Positions 54,101 to 58,140 of a stretch of 64,000 nt of DNA are shown here, one piece after another. The DNA is from Opitutia bacterium (GTDB lineage Bacteria > Verrucomicrobiota > Verrucomicrobiia > Opitutales > JABJCN01). The notes beneath the pieces are model-generated. The model ran no database searches. It was not told the origin of the DNA and saw nothing but the letters and a program-made list of their open reading frames with translations. A program made the position numbers and the translations under genes. Positions within the stretch are counted from its first letter, which is position 1, and each line of letters begins with the position of its first letter. Location: positions 170-64,169 of the forward strand of contig JABJCN010000157.1 in the NCBI GenBank assembly GCA_018668635.1, read 5' to 3'.

Positions 54101-56655
54101 ATCGCTTCAATGCCGGAAAGAACGCCATGCGGTTCAGTGGCGACAAGAGCACCGTGGAGGCAGGAAGCTACAAGGGTGTGGGTGGAGCCGGTCAACGTGC
54201 GGTTTCCATGTGGGTCCTGGGTGAGGCCGGTCAATCCGGTGGAGTCCTGTATTGGGGTTCCTCCGGCAAGGAGTTTGCATTGGGTATTGGTTCCAGTGGT
54301 GAGATTGTCGTGACCGCCGAGGGTGGGACGCTTGCTGGCACCACCGACCTCATGGACGGGCTATGGCACCATGTCGTTGTCAGTGTTCCACAGGATGGAT
54401 CACTGGATGACACAGCTGTTTATGTCGATAATTCTGTTGAGACAATCACAGGGTCAGGGTCAACGGGGACTGCCCTCAATACGTCGTCAGGAACCACCCT
54501 CACCATCGGGAGAGATGAGGCCGGCACATACCTTAAGGGGCTTATTGATGATGTGCGTGTCTGGGAAAGGTCACTTGCAGCCAGCGAGGTGGACAAACTT
54601 TATGAACTGGAGAAACCAACCGCACCTCCGGAACCGGATGTAATTTCACCCAAGATTACGGTGCACCCGACTCATCAGGGTGCGGCAACCAGCGGGAGTG
54701 CAAGCTTTACAGTCGAGGCTACGGGCAAGCCTGACCCGACCTATGCATGGCAGAAGCAGGAAAATCGAAAGTGGAAAAACATTCCCGGGGGCACCCTGGC
54801 AACCTTCACCATTGACAGCACCGCCCTGGGTGATGCAACCAACTACCGTGTTGTTGTCAGCAACAGCGCCGGATCAGTAAACAGCAAAACGGCTCGCTTG
54901 TCGGTGCTGGATCCACCTGCTTTCGTCATCCAACCGCAGGACATGCTCTTTGCAACCGGCAGTAATGCGACCTTGGAAGTGGATGTCACAGGAAGCAAGA
55001 CCCTTCGTTACAAGTGGTACAAGGATGGTTCAGAGATTCCCAAGGCCACAAAGAGCAGGCTGACCATAAAGAAGGTGTCGGCAGCAAGGGACAATGGTAC
55101 CTATCAGGTCGAGGTCGAGAATGGAGCCGGCAAGATGACCAGTGATGAGTTTAATGTATCTATTATCAGTGCTGTCGAGGTGACAGACGATCCGGTTGAC
55201 GCCTCTTTCGTGATGGGTACCGGGGGCACACTTTCAGTTACCGCAACCGGTGGGGGAACGATTACCTACCAGTGGGAGAAGTTCGACCCGAAATCCAGGA
55301 AGTGGGCTGCTGTTGAGGGTGCGACATCCGCAACCTTGACGGTTGCAGATGTACAGTCCGGAACTGTTGGAGAGTACCGATGTGTTGTTGATAACGTTGC
55401 CAGTAGTGATTACAGCAAGGGAGGCGACCTTGGTATGTATATTGTACCTACTTTCAAGACCCATCCACGCAGCTACAGCCTGAATGAGGCTCGGAAGGTT
55501 ACCCTGAAGGCATTAGCCAATGGTGACCCTGATCCAAGCTACCAATGGGAGAAAAGCACCAACGACGGAGCATCCTGGCAGGAAGTGTCCAAGGCCACGA
55601 AGTCGGAACTGGCATTCAGCAAGGTATCCACCAACAATGCCGGTCGCTATCGTGTCAAGGCCATCAACGGAGGCGGTATAACCACCAGTGATGAAGCCAC
55701 ACTCATTGTCTATTTTGCACCAAGAATCACCACCCAGCCAGTTGCCAGTTCCGTCAACGAGGGGGATGCAGTCAACTTAAGTGTCGTTGCCACCAGCCTC
55801 GACAGCAAGGGAACCACTTCCACGTACGTATGGTACAAGGATAAGAAGGCGGTCAAGGATGGTGACGGAGTGAGCGGAGCCAAGACGGCAGATCTTTCCA
55901 TTGCGACCGCAGGAGTAGTCAATGCCGGCAGTTACTACTGTGTCATCAAGAACAGTGTCGGCTCTGTGCAGACATCCTCAGCAAAGGTAACGGTAATGCT
56001 GAAGCCGTACTCAACCAAGACCCTCAAGTCCTTGAGCCTGGCTGACGGTAAGACAGCCACTTTTTCAGCAAGTATATCGGGTGGCAAACCGGTGACCTAT
56101 CAATGGCAGAAAGATGGGGCAGATATATCTGGTCAGGTGGCAAACAAACTGTCCCTTAGGGGAGTCAAAGCCTCCGACTCCGGAATCTACAGCATTATTG
56201 CAACCAATGCGGCTGGAAGTTTCACGCTCAGTGCGGATTTGACTGTTGCCGCAGCTGCATCTGTTGCCGAAGCTGACGATACGATCACTGAACTGGATGA
56301 GGAAAGCCTGCTTTCTGCTGTGGAGGATGCGGATGGTGACGGCATGAGTAATCTTCTTGAGTACGCCTTGGGTAGCGACCCCGCCAATAATGAATCCACT
56401 TTTGAACCGCTGGTCGATACCGTTGAGGATGGAAGTGGCGCCACCTATGTGAGTTTCAGTTATACCGAGAACAAGTCGGTAACGGATGTAAACTATATCG
56501 TAGAAAGATCTGTTGATCTCAAGAACTGGGAGCCGGTTGACTTGGCTAATGCCTCAGTGAACCGCGTTGACAGGGGAGGCTTTACGGAAGTTACCGCCTT
56601 TATCCCAACGACGGATGGAAGTGGTTTCCTTCGGGTTAGTGTTGCCAACCAGTAA
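39163..56655 (+). CDS. Giant secreted multidomain adhesin-like protein, 5,830 aa as the maximal ORF: 4 C-type lectin domains, ~23 cadherin repeats, 3 LamG, an 8-blade propeller, an FGE-fold domain, InlB-B-like repeats, TSP3-like repeats, 6 Ig-like domains
   Basis: A single uninterrupted ORF. The maximal start is TTG 39163. ATG 39205 or ATG 39268 is more likely; the latter gives the Sec-type signal peptide MPAFKNKITTSFQKLLPIALAMMLGTTPAYS. Domain motifs are listed in the sub-features. Confidence 0.9.
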   Translation: MDAFSGSFSLFCVKMIESRWLNVLNYRHHLLSILAMPAFKNKITTSFQKLLPIALAMMLGTTPAYSDLTAYYQLVLEEVSWADAVETSQERGGNLATVTSQAEWDQINEQLGTSIDGLDLWLGGRADPEDTEQDPGKRRWIWVTGEEWDYSRWRRLEPDGNFGVQDRLFINGSHPSEGADHKWNDHPNKAVDLAFSKYEIKGYIIELGWASIDGNLRYVGSKSGNLYISVTGGPADHPGGSRMMRQPGDFSFTNLVKGFEYTIIAYLDTNSNQNQDEGEPEGRYVYTPHLLTEDLKDITVTVYDENSPPNPLVLNGQSIHDNDEVGKEIGIVIPSDPDEGQELMVYVIDPTHKFRVDGNKLLITTTFNSEEIQSQPLVLRTVDDGGLFTDTQFNLSVLPPNRSPTINTRESVTIDEDSFFRMATSGENILQFDDDATGNEQVEVTFTVTEGGIYFFKNNNITFTDGEPGTGYVKFRGTLDNVNARMDRLTYNPPEDFNGQVTWTIEISDLGNHEGSVPLTASHTIDITINAVNDAPEVTVPEAIQNLLEDSTLTFNIIKGNPITVNDDPENDQPITFEMSVDHGTLTLGKIRNLTFLTGADESSHMEISATTTALNSALNGLTYTAPRDFDGTATISFLTADNGNIGKGGPKTAQNSLDVSILAVNDAPIITGPSLVTPVEDIPFSFDGEADALITIIDDAANEGDDNQVGNVTTQLTINVDHGTVRMGRLNGLTFLEGDSAGDSKLVMTGPYNLMVLSLDGMTYTSDKDYNGGDSLKVEFNDLGHFGEGGAKTAAHTVLLVVGPANDPPTDVLIDSSSVAENKKAGTSVGKLSAVDPDANDTHTFKLVVPADAGAPPFTISGNTLKTTRELDAEDEPLILVHIAATDKAGATFTKTLWIHVTNLNDAPTGINIDNSVIPEEEPAGTFVGTLTTIDSDGTLGRGLIGYWPFDDGQGISVADYSGNGNGGTINNETPTMWKPGKIGTALELNGSTRLVEIPHIHKYLIDSGTFSIWYKHTNDQGALFSKDSSGFDNGGHFYLTMNAKKLAVRLQGINTHNNLSMNAASSVLNTRSQWHHAAFTFGTSGMTLYLDGEIMSTNTHYTGGLGQSSGGSGNAEPIAIGANTLQSGDNTLFPAKEYFKGSVDEFRIYDRALSDIEVLELMETTTTTNDFHVYTLVPGVGAGDNSSFSIDDNQLFTKVPLDHEGRDGYHIRIRTQDSAGETFEQSLHITTTNVNDPPSDIILTPDAFTENQVVGATVGLLSAMDDGGIEEGVGSYQIVNTAMDWEQANANAEALGGHLAIITSEAEWQKVMELPGLKQGLFIGATDEEEEGTWRWVNGQPLAGENRQPDTFHAWLGSEPNNTGDAEHYAVIWEWDQAYAWNDTGNSSTGHIVEFPGISYQLVEGEGDTDNSLFTIEGNELKAASGFNFETRSAHSIRVKATDSGGLSLEKAISVTITDANDTPVGITIDNNTIDEGLAKGATVGNLSAIDEDAGDTHTFSLVVPADGGAPPFTISGKTLKTTAVLDFESQPTHELMVMVTDEAQASFSQVITINVNDTNDPPTGITLAPAEVAEGLPRDTVIGTLTAIDTDPGDTHTFRITGGADKSLFNISGNQLFTREVLDYETKAQLEVTIEARDESNLTFEQTLTVNVINANDPPTDITLEPTTFAENLAIGTDVSKLALVDPDGNDAGNENPTTSAKYVLVNKTLTWKEAKAEAESMGGHLATFNSEQEWDAMVAEVGLTNISNDNIWLGATDEVEEGVWKWVTGEPVTYNRWDEGQPDGKTNQHYMLIWAATGARWDDMELNGYGNVALRYFLLELPSTPSFTLTSGSGDTDNSLFTIEGDQLKTAADFNYEARDEYTIRVKGTDSGGLSIEKTFTLDLTNAPDAPTDILLSESTVDENLKKGTLVGNLVATDEDAGEKHTFKMFNATLVANPDNALFTISGNQLKTNDIFDFETKSSYTINVEVTDDDDLVFMKELTIGVNDINDAPTGLTLAPAEVAEDLPRDTVVGTLTADDPDAEATHTFRLIGGDDKALFNISGNQLTTKAVLDYEAKPRLEVIIEAKDNGNLTFEQTLVINVINVNDPPTDIILDNDTFAENQVVGTTVGLLSAMDDGGIEEGVGSYQIVNTPMNWEQANANAEALGGHLAIITSEAEWEKIKELPGLKQGLFIGATDEEEEGTWKWVDGQPLAGMNRQPDTFHAWRSTDPNNSDDIEHYAVIWYDDRDQVYSWVDFPNSTGHIVEFPGITYQLVAGNGDTDNALFIIQGDQLNTAAAFNYEARDEYTIRVKGTDSGGLSIEKVFTLDLTDAPDVPTEILLSNNTVDENEKKGAIVGNLGATDEDADEKHTFRLLDIPVDPDPNQPAPAPSDNSFFAISGTTLKTNAVLDFEAKSAYTITIEVTDKDKRTYQQEIVVGVNDANDAPTGLTIDRDAVAEGLPKGTEVGTLLAQDPDAGDSHTFRITGGKDYKLFSIVDNKLLTKEVFDREVKAAFEVEVTATDSGRLIAETLFNITVIDVNDAPTDVTLDNDTIAENQPADSIVGNFTLVDQDGGGDPTTGGLSETGGVNPGTGGSTSFTLAEGAGDTDNASFTIDGERLKIVAPLNFEAKPQHTIRVKATDAGGLSVERNFLVKVTNVPEAPVAIAISNDSIAENLKKGATIGKLSATDEDAGEKHTFKLIDSPAGVGNDNALFSISGYNLRTNAVLDFDATPQLSVLVEVTDRAKLTYTQVLTINVTDANDAPTGLTIDPVTIAENQAKGTEIGTLTAIDPDTGDTHTYSVVGGKDKKLFAVNGDKLITNAILDYELKSELDLVIRVTDSGKASVDIPLPITVTDVNDGPTDITLDNDTIAENQPADTVVGKLALEDPDGAGGGSAPVIITEGVGEKLWEFETGDYVYSSPAIGIDGLVYFGSFDRKIYALVGQTGIKKWEYETGGQVESSIAIGSDGTVYVGSNGGSVYALDGQTGSKKWEFVTGGLVRSSPAIGPDGTVYIGSFDNKVYALNGKTGSKKWEFVTGGSVKSSPVIGSDGMVYIGSYDKRIYALDGETGEKQWEFITGGRVQRSPSIGSDGTVYVGSFDNIIYALNGKTGVKKWAFEAGDMLESSPAIGSDGIVYVGSADKNVYALDGHTGVKLWEFMSGGKVISSPAVGSDGTVYVGSVDKKVYALDGKTGAKQWEFVTGNSIKLSSPTIGSDGTVYIGSHDNKVYAIQGSSGPANSTWPMFGQNPQHTSRIDDSSSGFSSFTLTAGSGDTDNSSFTIDGDDLKLAAPLNYEAKSKYSIRVKGTDSGGLSIEKEFLIDATNVPEAPTAVVLDNDTVEENLKKGSTVGRLSTTDEDSGEKHTYKLVDAPEGETNQNARFTISGTTLRTNDVFDFDVVQEQTVHVEVTDRGKLTFVQALTIRIIDANDPPTGLTIASDSVDENQPKGTVIGALTAVDPDAVDSHTYSIVGGRDKKLFAVADGNLVSTMPYDFETQPTLEVVVRVYDKRKAQGEFPLSITVNDVNDVPTDITLSNDTIAENEPTDTIIGKLVLLDSDGAGGPTVDPVSGNTQFDFTNGLVAYYPFNGDAKDETGNGHDGVVHGASLGPDRQGTDTSSYYFDGVDDYIDVGSHQLDGAFTIASWVYHDGVNTLPWFEAVYATANVDIGLFAHLLEGSMFSRLHVGGNNDAYIDTDKMTVPTGNWYHLVGSWDGQNASLYIDGTAKATALTGSMNAPVPSNSYLGKNGWRENEEELGEHLKGRLDDVRVYGRALSVEEVTALYNLESGTSTGTTSFALTAGDGDTDNSFFTIDGDDLKLVPSADFETKNEYSVRIKGTDSGGLSIENIFQVGVTDVNEAPFNATLDITLVEENAPAGFRLGKLVALDPDRGDKVVVTLAEDTDEIDNEHFQFKGTSLVTKTAFDYDTQPTRTLRVIATDSGGLNTVTDILINIGNKSEPPTGITLDGTSGEVVSVEENAATDTLVGSFTTEDPDGAEAFVYSLVSGDGDIGNKNFTIDAEGNIKVKASANLDFETSPATSVRVRTTDTGGNSLEISFAIAITNVNELPLGVTLDNESVMEGLPNDTLVGTLSATDTDSGDSHTFTLVDGAGGTHNDLFKIVGDELQVAQLISGKTTPVASILVRVTDAGGLTFNQALSITITDAPDAPTGINLDGNSIKKYERTGTLIGTLTAVDGDEDDSHTFALVSGAAGTNNELFFIDGDQLVSNHMFDDTAAASYKINVEVTDSADLTFVKTFTITIINAANPGGHLVDVTKIPVDGGLVAGAGYYTDGEAVSLVVKNSPGYTFSGHSGDVAGGFSAENPLEFDADGNKDIITSFTQGYHKVVVGVTPERHGYAWGGGSIQHGTEITVQAKELDPKYGCVFTHWSINGVDQPVDESSPLVLKVTVDRTLRVLAHFDYGLPDSMKLVPSGNFSQGDARYHGEKPVITPLVSAFYMDEHETSKKDFYDVFNWSIQQETPYSFMFDPTVVNGRNRAHIDGGYKDDFPITAITWLDAIAFANALSEMEELTPVYYEDAARTTVFRGRKRDKNADAGNEESHLGQKIYESNVDWRAKGYRLPTESEWEKAARGGVAGLTYANSNTLDSKFTHYDQDTIIRSLRSVGSLEPNGFGLYDMNGNAWEMCWDWHWKNWYFEADASAKDPKGPDMSDKTIFDKVNAENWLVRTVRGGSGNTDKSRMRISYRKDFNKTWYQYAITVRPLVPAPSDPRAEVIVALVPAHLGSVTGGGVYEIGATATLIATPASANANFLRWEDAAGNNLGTGTTLLLSLNSTGADDDLDKEITAIFEDTSNPDDQLYSLEVVADPFGSGTVLGGGAYKLGAEVTLTAVPSNGNDFAGWSGDASGTETETKITMDGHKKVLAYFGDTSEDSDEDGLSDLYEKSLGTNPEDKDTDDDGLTDGEEMNTHSSNPLLVDSDGDGHDDKTEAFHGTTLNDSSDFPFLEQDRIGLWYVFKGKAYDMSPARNHGKLKSVSFTKDRFNAGKNAMRFSGDKSTVEAGSYKGVGGAGQRAVSMWVLGEAGQSGGVLYWGSSGKEFALGIGSSGEIVVTAEGGTLAGTTDLMDGLWHHVVVSVPQDGSLDDTAVYVDNSVETITGSGSTGTALNTSSGTTLTIGRDEAGTYLKGLIDDVRVWERSLAASEVDKLYELEKPTAPPEPDVISPKITVHPTHQGAATSGSASFTVEATGKPDPTYAWQKQENRKWKNIPGGTLATFTIDSTALGDATNYRVVVSNSAGSVNSKTARLSVLDPPAFVIQPQDMLFATGSNATLEVDVTGSKTLRYKWYKDGSEIPKATKSRLTIKKVSAARDNGTYQVEVENGAGKMTSDEFNVSIISAVEVTDDPVDASFVMGTGGTLSVTATGGGTITYQWEKFDPKSRKWAAVEGATSATLTVADVQSGTVGEYRCVVDNVASSDYSKGGDLGMYIVPTFKTHPRSYSLNEARKVTLKALANGDPDPSYQWEKSTNDGASWQEVSKATKSELAFSKVSTNNAGRYRVKAINGGGITTSDEATLIVYFAPRITTQPVASSVNEGDAVNLSVVATSLDSKGTTSTYVWYKDKKAVKDGDGVSGAKTADLSIATAGVVNAGSYYCVIKNSVGSVQTSSAKVTVMLKPYSTKTLKSLSLADGKTATFSASISGGKPVTYQWQKDGADISGQVANKLSLRGVKASDSGIYSIIATNAAGSFTLSADLTVAAAASVAEADDTITELDEESLLSAVEDADGDGMSNLLEYALGSDPANNESTFEPLVDTVEDGSGATYVSFSYTENKSVTDVNYIVERSVDLKNWEPVDLANASVNRVDRGGFTEVTAFIPTTDGSGFLRVSVANQ
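39373..39789 (+). other. C-type lectin-like domain 1 of the giant protein (EPD...WND)
   Basis: WADAVETSQERGGNLATVTSQAEWDQI...LWLGG...RWIWVTGEEWDYSRW..LEPDG...KWNDH. Confidence 0.7.
40380..41590 (+). repeat. Three ~135-aa bacterial cadherin-like/VCBS-type repeats, each ending in (V)NDAP/NDPP
   Basis: The pattern recurs: ...LTYNPPEDFNGQVTWTIE...INAVNDAPEVT; ...LTYTAPRDFDGTATISF...ILAVNDAPIIT; ...MTYTSDKDYNGGDSLKVE...GPANDPPTDV. Confidence 0.6.
41995..42657 (+). other. LamG (Laminin_G_3) domain 1, nested in a cadherin repeat
   Basis: LIGYWPFDDGQG..DYSGNGNGGT...WHHAAFTF...LYLDGE...VDEFRIYDRALSDIEVLELM. Confidence 0.75.
42991..43359 (+). other. C-type lectin-like domain 2 (EPN...WND), nested in a cadherin repeat
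   Basis: MDWEQANANAEALGGHLAIITSEAEW...FIGATDEEEEGTWRWVNGQPL...SEPNN...AWNDTG. Confidence 0.8.
44275..44640 (+). other. C-type lectin-like domain 3 (QPD...WDD), nested in a cadherin repeat
   Basis: LTWKEAKAEAESMGGHLATFNSEQEW...IWLGATDEVEEGVWKWVTGEPVTYNRWDEGQPDG...RWDDME. Confidence 0.8.
45553..45924 (+). other. C-type lectin-like domain 4 (DPN...WVD), nested in a cadherin repeat
   Basis: MNWEQANANAEALGGHLAIITSEAEW...FIGATDEEEEGTWKWVDGQPL...TDPNN...SWVDF. Confidence 0.8.
47839..48822 (+). repeat. Eight tandem ~41-aa (123-nt) PQQ-like beta-propeller blades, nested in a cadherin repeat
   Basis: Eight consecutive units of the type K(K/Q)WEFxTGGxVxSSPAIGSDGTVY(V/I)GSxDxKVYALDGxTGx, followed by WPMFGQNPQHTSR. 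Confidence 0.85.
49846..50466 (+). other. LamG (Laminin_G_3) domain 2, nested in a cadherin repeat
   Basis: GLVAYYPFNGDAKDETGNGHDGVVHGA...YYFDGVDDYIDVG...WYHLVGSWDG...LYIDG...LDDVRVYGRALSVEEVTALYNLE. Confidence 0.8.
52387..53275 (+). other. FGE-sulfatase-fold (SUMF1/PvdO-like) domain without the FGE cysteine pair
   Basis: MKLVPSGNFSQGD...FYMDEHETSKKDF...PITAITWLDAIAFANALSE...GYRLPTESEWEKAARGG...GLYDMNGNAWEMCWDW...VRGGSG. Confidence 0.75.
54016..54612 (+). other. LamG (Laminin_G_3) domain 3
   Basis: LWYVFKGKAYDMSPARNHGKL...MRFSGDKS...WHHVVVSV...VYVDN...LIDDVRVWERSLAASEVDKLYELE. Confidence 0.75.
54649..56250 (+). repeat. Six tandem Ig-like (I-set-like) domains
   Basis: Six ~90-aa units with the Y(Q/K/V)W(Q/Y/E)K...G(T/E/R/S/I)Y...N..G pattern, e.g. 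TYAWQKQ...NYRVVVSNSAGS, RYKWYKDG...GTYQVEVENGAG, TYQWQKDG...GIYSIIATNAAGS. Confidence 0.75.
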
Positions 56656-56737
56656 TACCGCAACCCTGACAGACTATTCCTGAGTCTGGACGCCCACGCT
56701 GTTGAGAAACAAGATATCTCTCAGTAAGGAAGGTATT

Positions 56738-58129
56738 CTACGCAATTATCTCATGCTGGACGTTGCCATGAACATCCGTGAGCCTGAAGTTACGACCCTG
56801 AAACTTGAAGGTAAGACGCTCGTGATTGATGCCCAGCAGGTGAAGGATGGTGGCATTGAAATCATGGACATGCACAGGATTTAACACCGGCTTGTATCCC
56901 AGTTCATCGGTTTGACCATGAACGTGACCTCCCTTGACTCCGCCCCCGGCCATCCAGACTGTAAATGCCTCCTTGTGATGATCCCTACCATTGCCTTGTG
57001 CCATGGGAGTACGACCAAACTCAGAACTCCACACGACCAGTGTTTCATCAAGCAGTCCTCGTTGCTTCAGGTCGTTAATCAGGGCGGCTATGGGTTGGTC
57101 AACCAGTTTTGCCTTGCCGGGAAGGCTCTTGAATACCCCGCCATGGTGATCCCAACCCTGGTCAAAAAGCTGCACAAATCGAACGCCTCGTTCAACCATA
57201 CGCCTCGCGAGAAGGCAGTTGTTTGCAAAACTGGCTCCTCCCGACTTGGCTCCATACTGTTCAAGGGTTGTCTTTGATTCAGTATTTAAATCCATCAATT
57301 CCGGTACCGATGACTGCATTCGGTAAGCCATCTCGTATTGGCTGATGCGTGTGGCAATTTCCGGGTCACCGACATCCGCCAGGTTTTCACGGTTCAGCTT
57401 GTTGATGGCATCGATTGTACGCCTTCTATCCTTGTTGCCCATGCCCTTGGGGTTTGAGAGGTATAATACCGGGTCTCCCTTTGAACGAAACTCGACTCCC
57501 TGATAGACGGATGGAAGAAACCCACTGCCAAAGATGCTGTTGCCTGCACCGGGGTACTGACCGGTAACCAATGTGACAAAACCGGGTAAATCCTGATTTG
57601 CTGTCCCGAGGCCGTAATTGACCCAGGACCCCATGCTTGGTCGTCCGAATTGACCAAATCCTGTGGACATGAACATCTGCGCCGGTGCATGGTTGAAATG
57701 ATCCGTGTGAAGGGTTCGGATGAAGCACATTTCATCCGCACACTGCTGTAGCTTGGGGAGCAGGTTGGATATGGTATTGCCCGATTGGCCACATGGTTGA
57801 AACCTGAATTTATCGCCCTTGTCGGTGCCAAGTAACTTCGGTTGCTTTCGAATGAAAGCCAGTCTCTTGCCCTTGAAGAATTCATCCGGACAAAGTTCAC
57901 CATCATGTTTCTGCAGTTCGGGCTTCCAGTCAAACAGGTCAAGGTGTGAGGGGCCCCCGACAAAGTGAAAATAGATGATATTTTTTGCCCGTGCAGGATG
58001 ATGCATGCCTGTGCTTCGACCAAGAAGGTCCTGCTGGAGCATGCTGGCCAGGGCAATGCCGCCAATTCCATTTCCGGTATGCTGGAAAAGGGAACGCCTT
58101 GAAAGGGTCTGTATATCAACCGGGTTCAT
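56738..58129 (-). CDS. DUF1501 domain-containing protein (sulfatase-fold, Tat signal)
   Basis: Twin-arginine leader [23 protein letters not shown]; [17 protein letters not shown]; GRDHH near the C-terminus. This is the typical DUF1501 partner of DUF1553 proteins. Confidence 0.85.
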   Translation of the reverse strand: MNPVDIQTLSRRSLFQHTGNGIGGIALASMLQQDLLGRSTGMHHPARAKNIIYFHFVGGPSHLDLFDWKPELQKHDGELCPDEFFKGKRLAFIRKQPKLLGTDKGDKFRFQPCGQSGNTISNLLPKLQQCADEMCFIRTLHTDHFNHAPAQMFMSTGFGQFGRPSMGSWVNYGLGTANQDLPGFVTLVTGQYPGAGNSIFGSGFLPSVYQGVEFRSKGDPVLYLSNPKGMGNKDRRRTIDAINKLNRENLADVGDPEIATRISQYEMAYRMQSSVPELMDLNTESKTTLEQYGAKSGGASFANNCLLARRMVERGVRFVQLFDQGWDHHGGVFKSLPGKAKLVDQPIAALINDLKQRGLLDETLVVWSSEFGRTPMAQGNGRDHHKEAFTVWMAGGGVKGGHVHGQTDELGYKPVLNPVHVHDFNATILHLLGINHERLTFKFQGRNFRLTDVHGNVQHEIIA

Positions 58130-58140
58130 TTTGAATTATA

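Noticed and set aside
39163-56655. RTX/T1SS-type giant adhesin (LapA/SiiE-like)
   Set aside because: There are no GGxGxD nonapeptide repeats or C-terminal T1SS signal, and no adjacent ABC/MFP/TolC genes. An N-terminal Sec-type signal peptide is present instead.
56670-56688. Hairpin CAGACT-N7-AGTCTG between the convergent giant gene and the DUF1501 gene, as an intrinsic terminator
   Set aside because: It has only a 6-bp stem and no U-tract on either strand. That is too weak to call.
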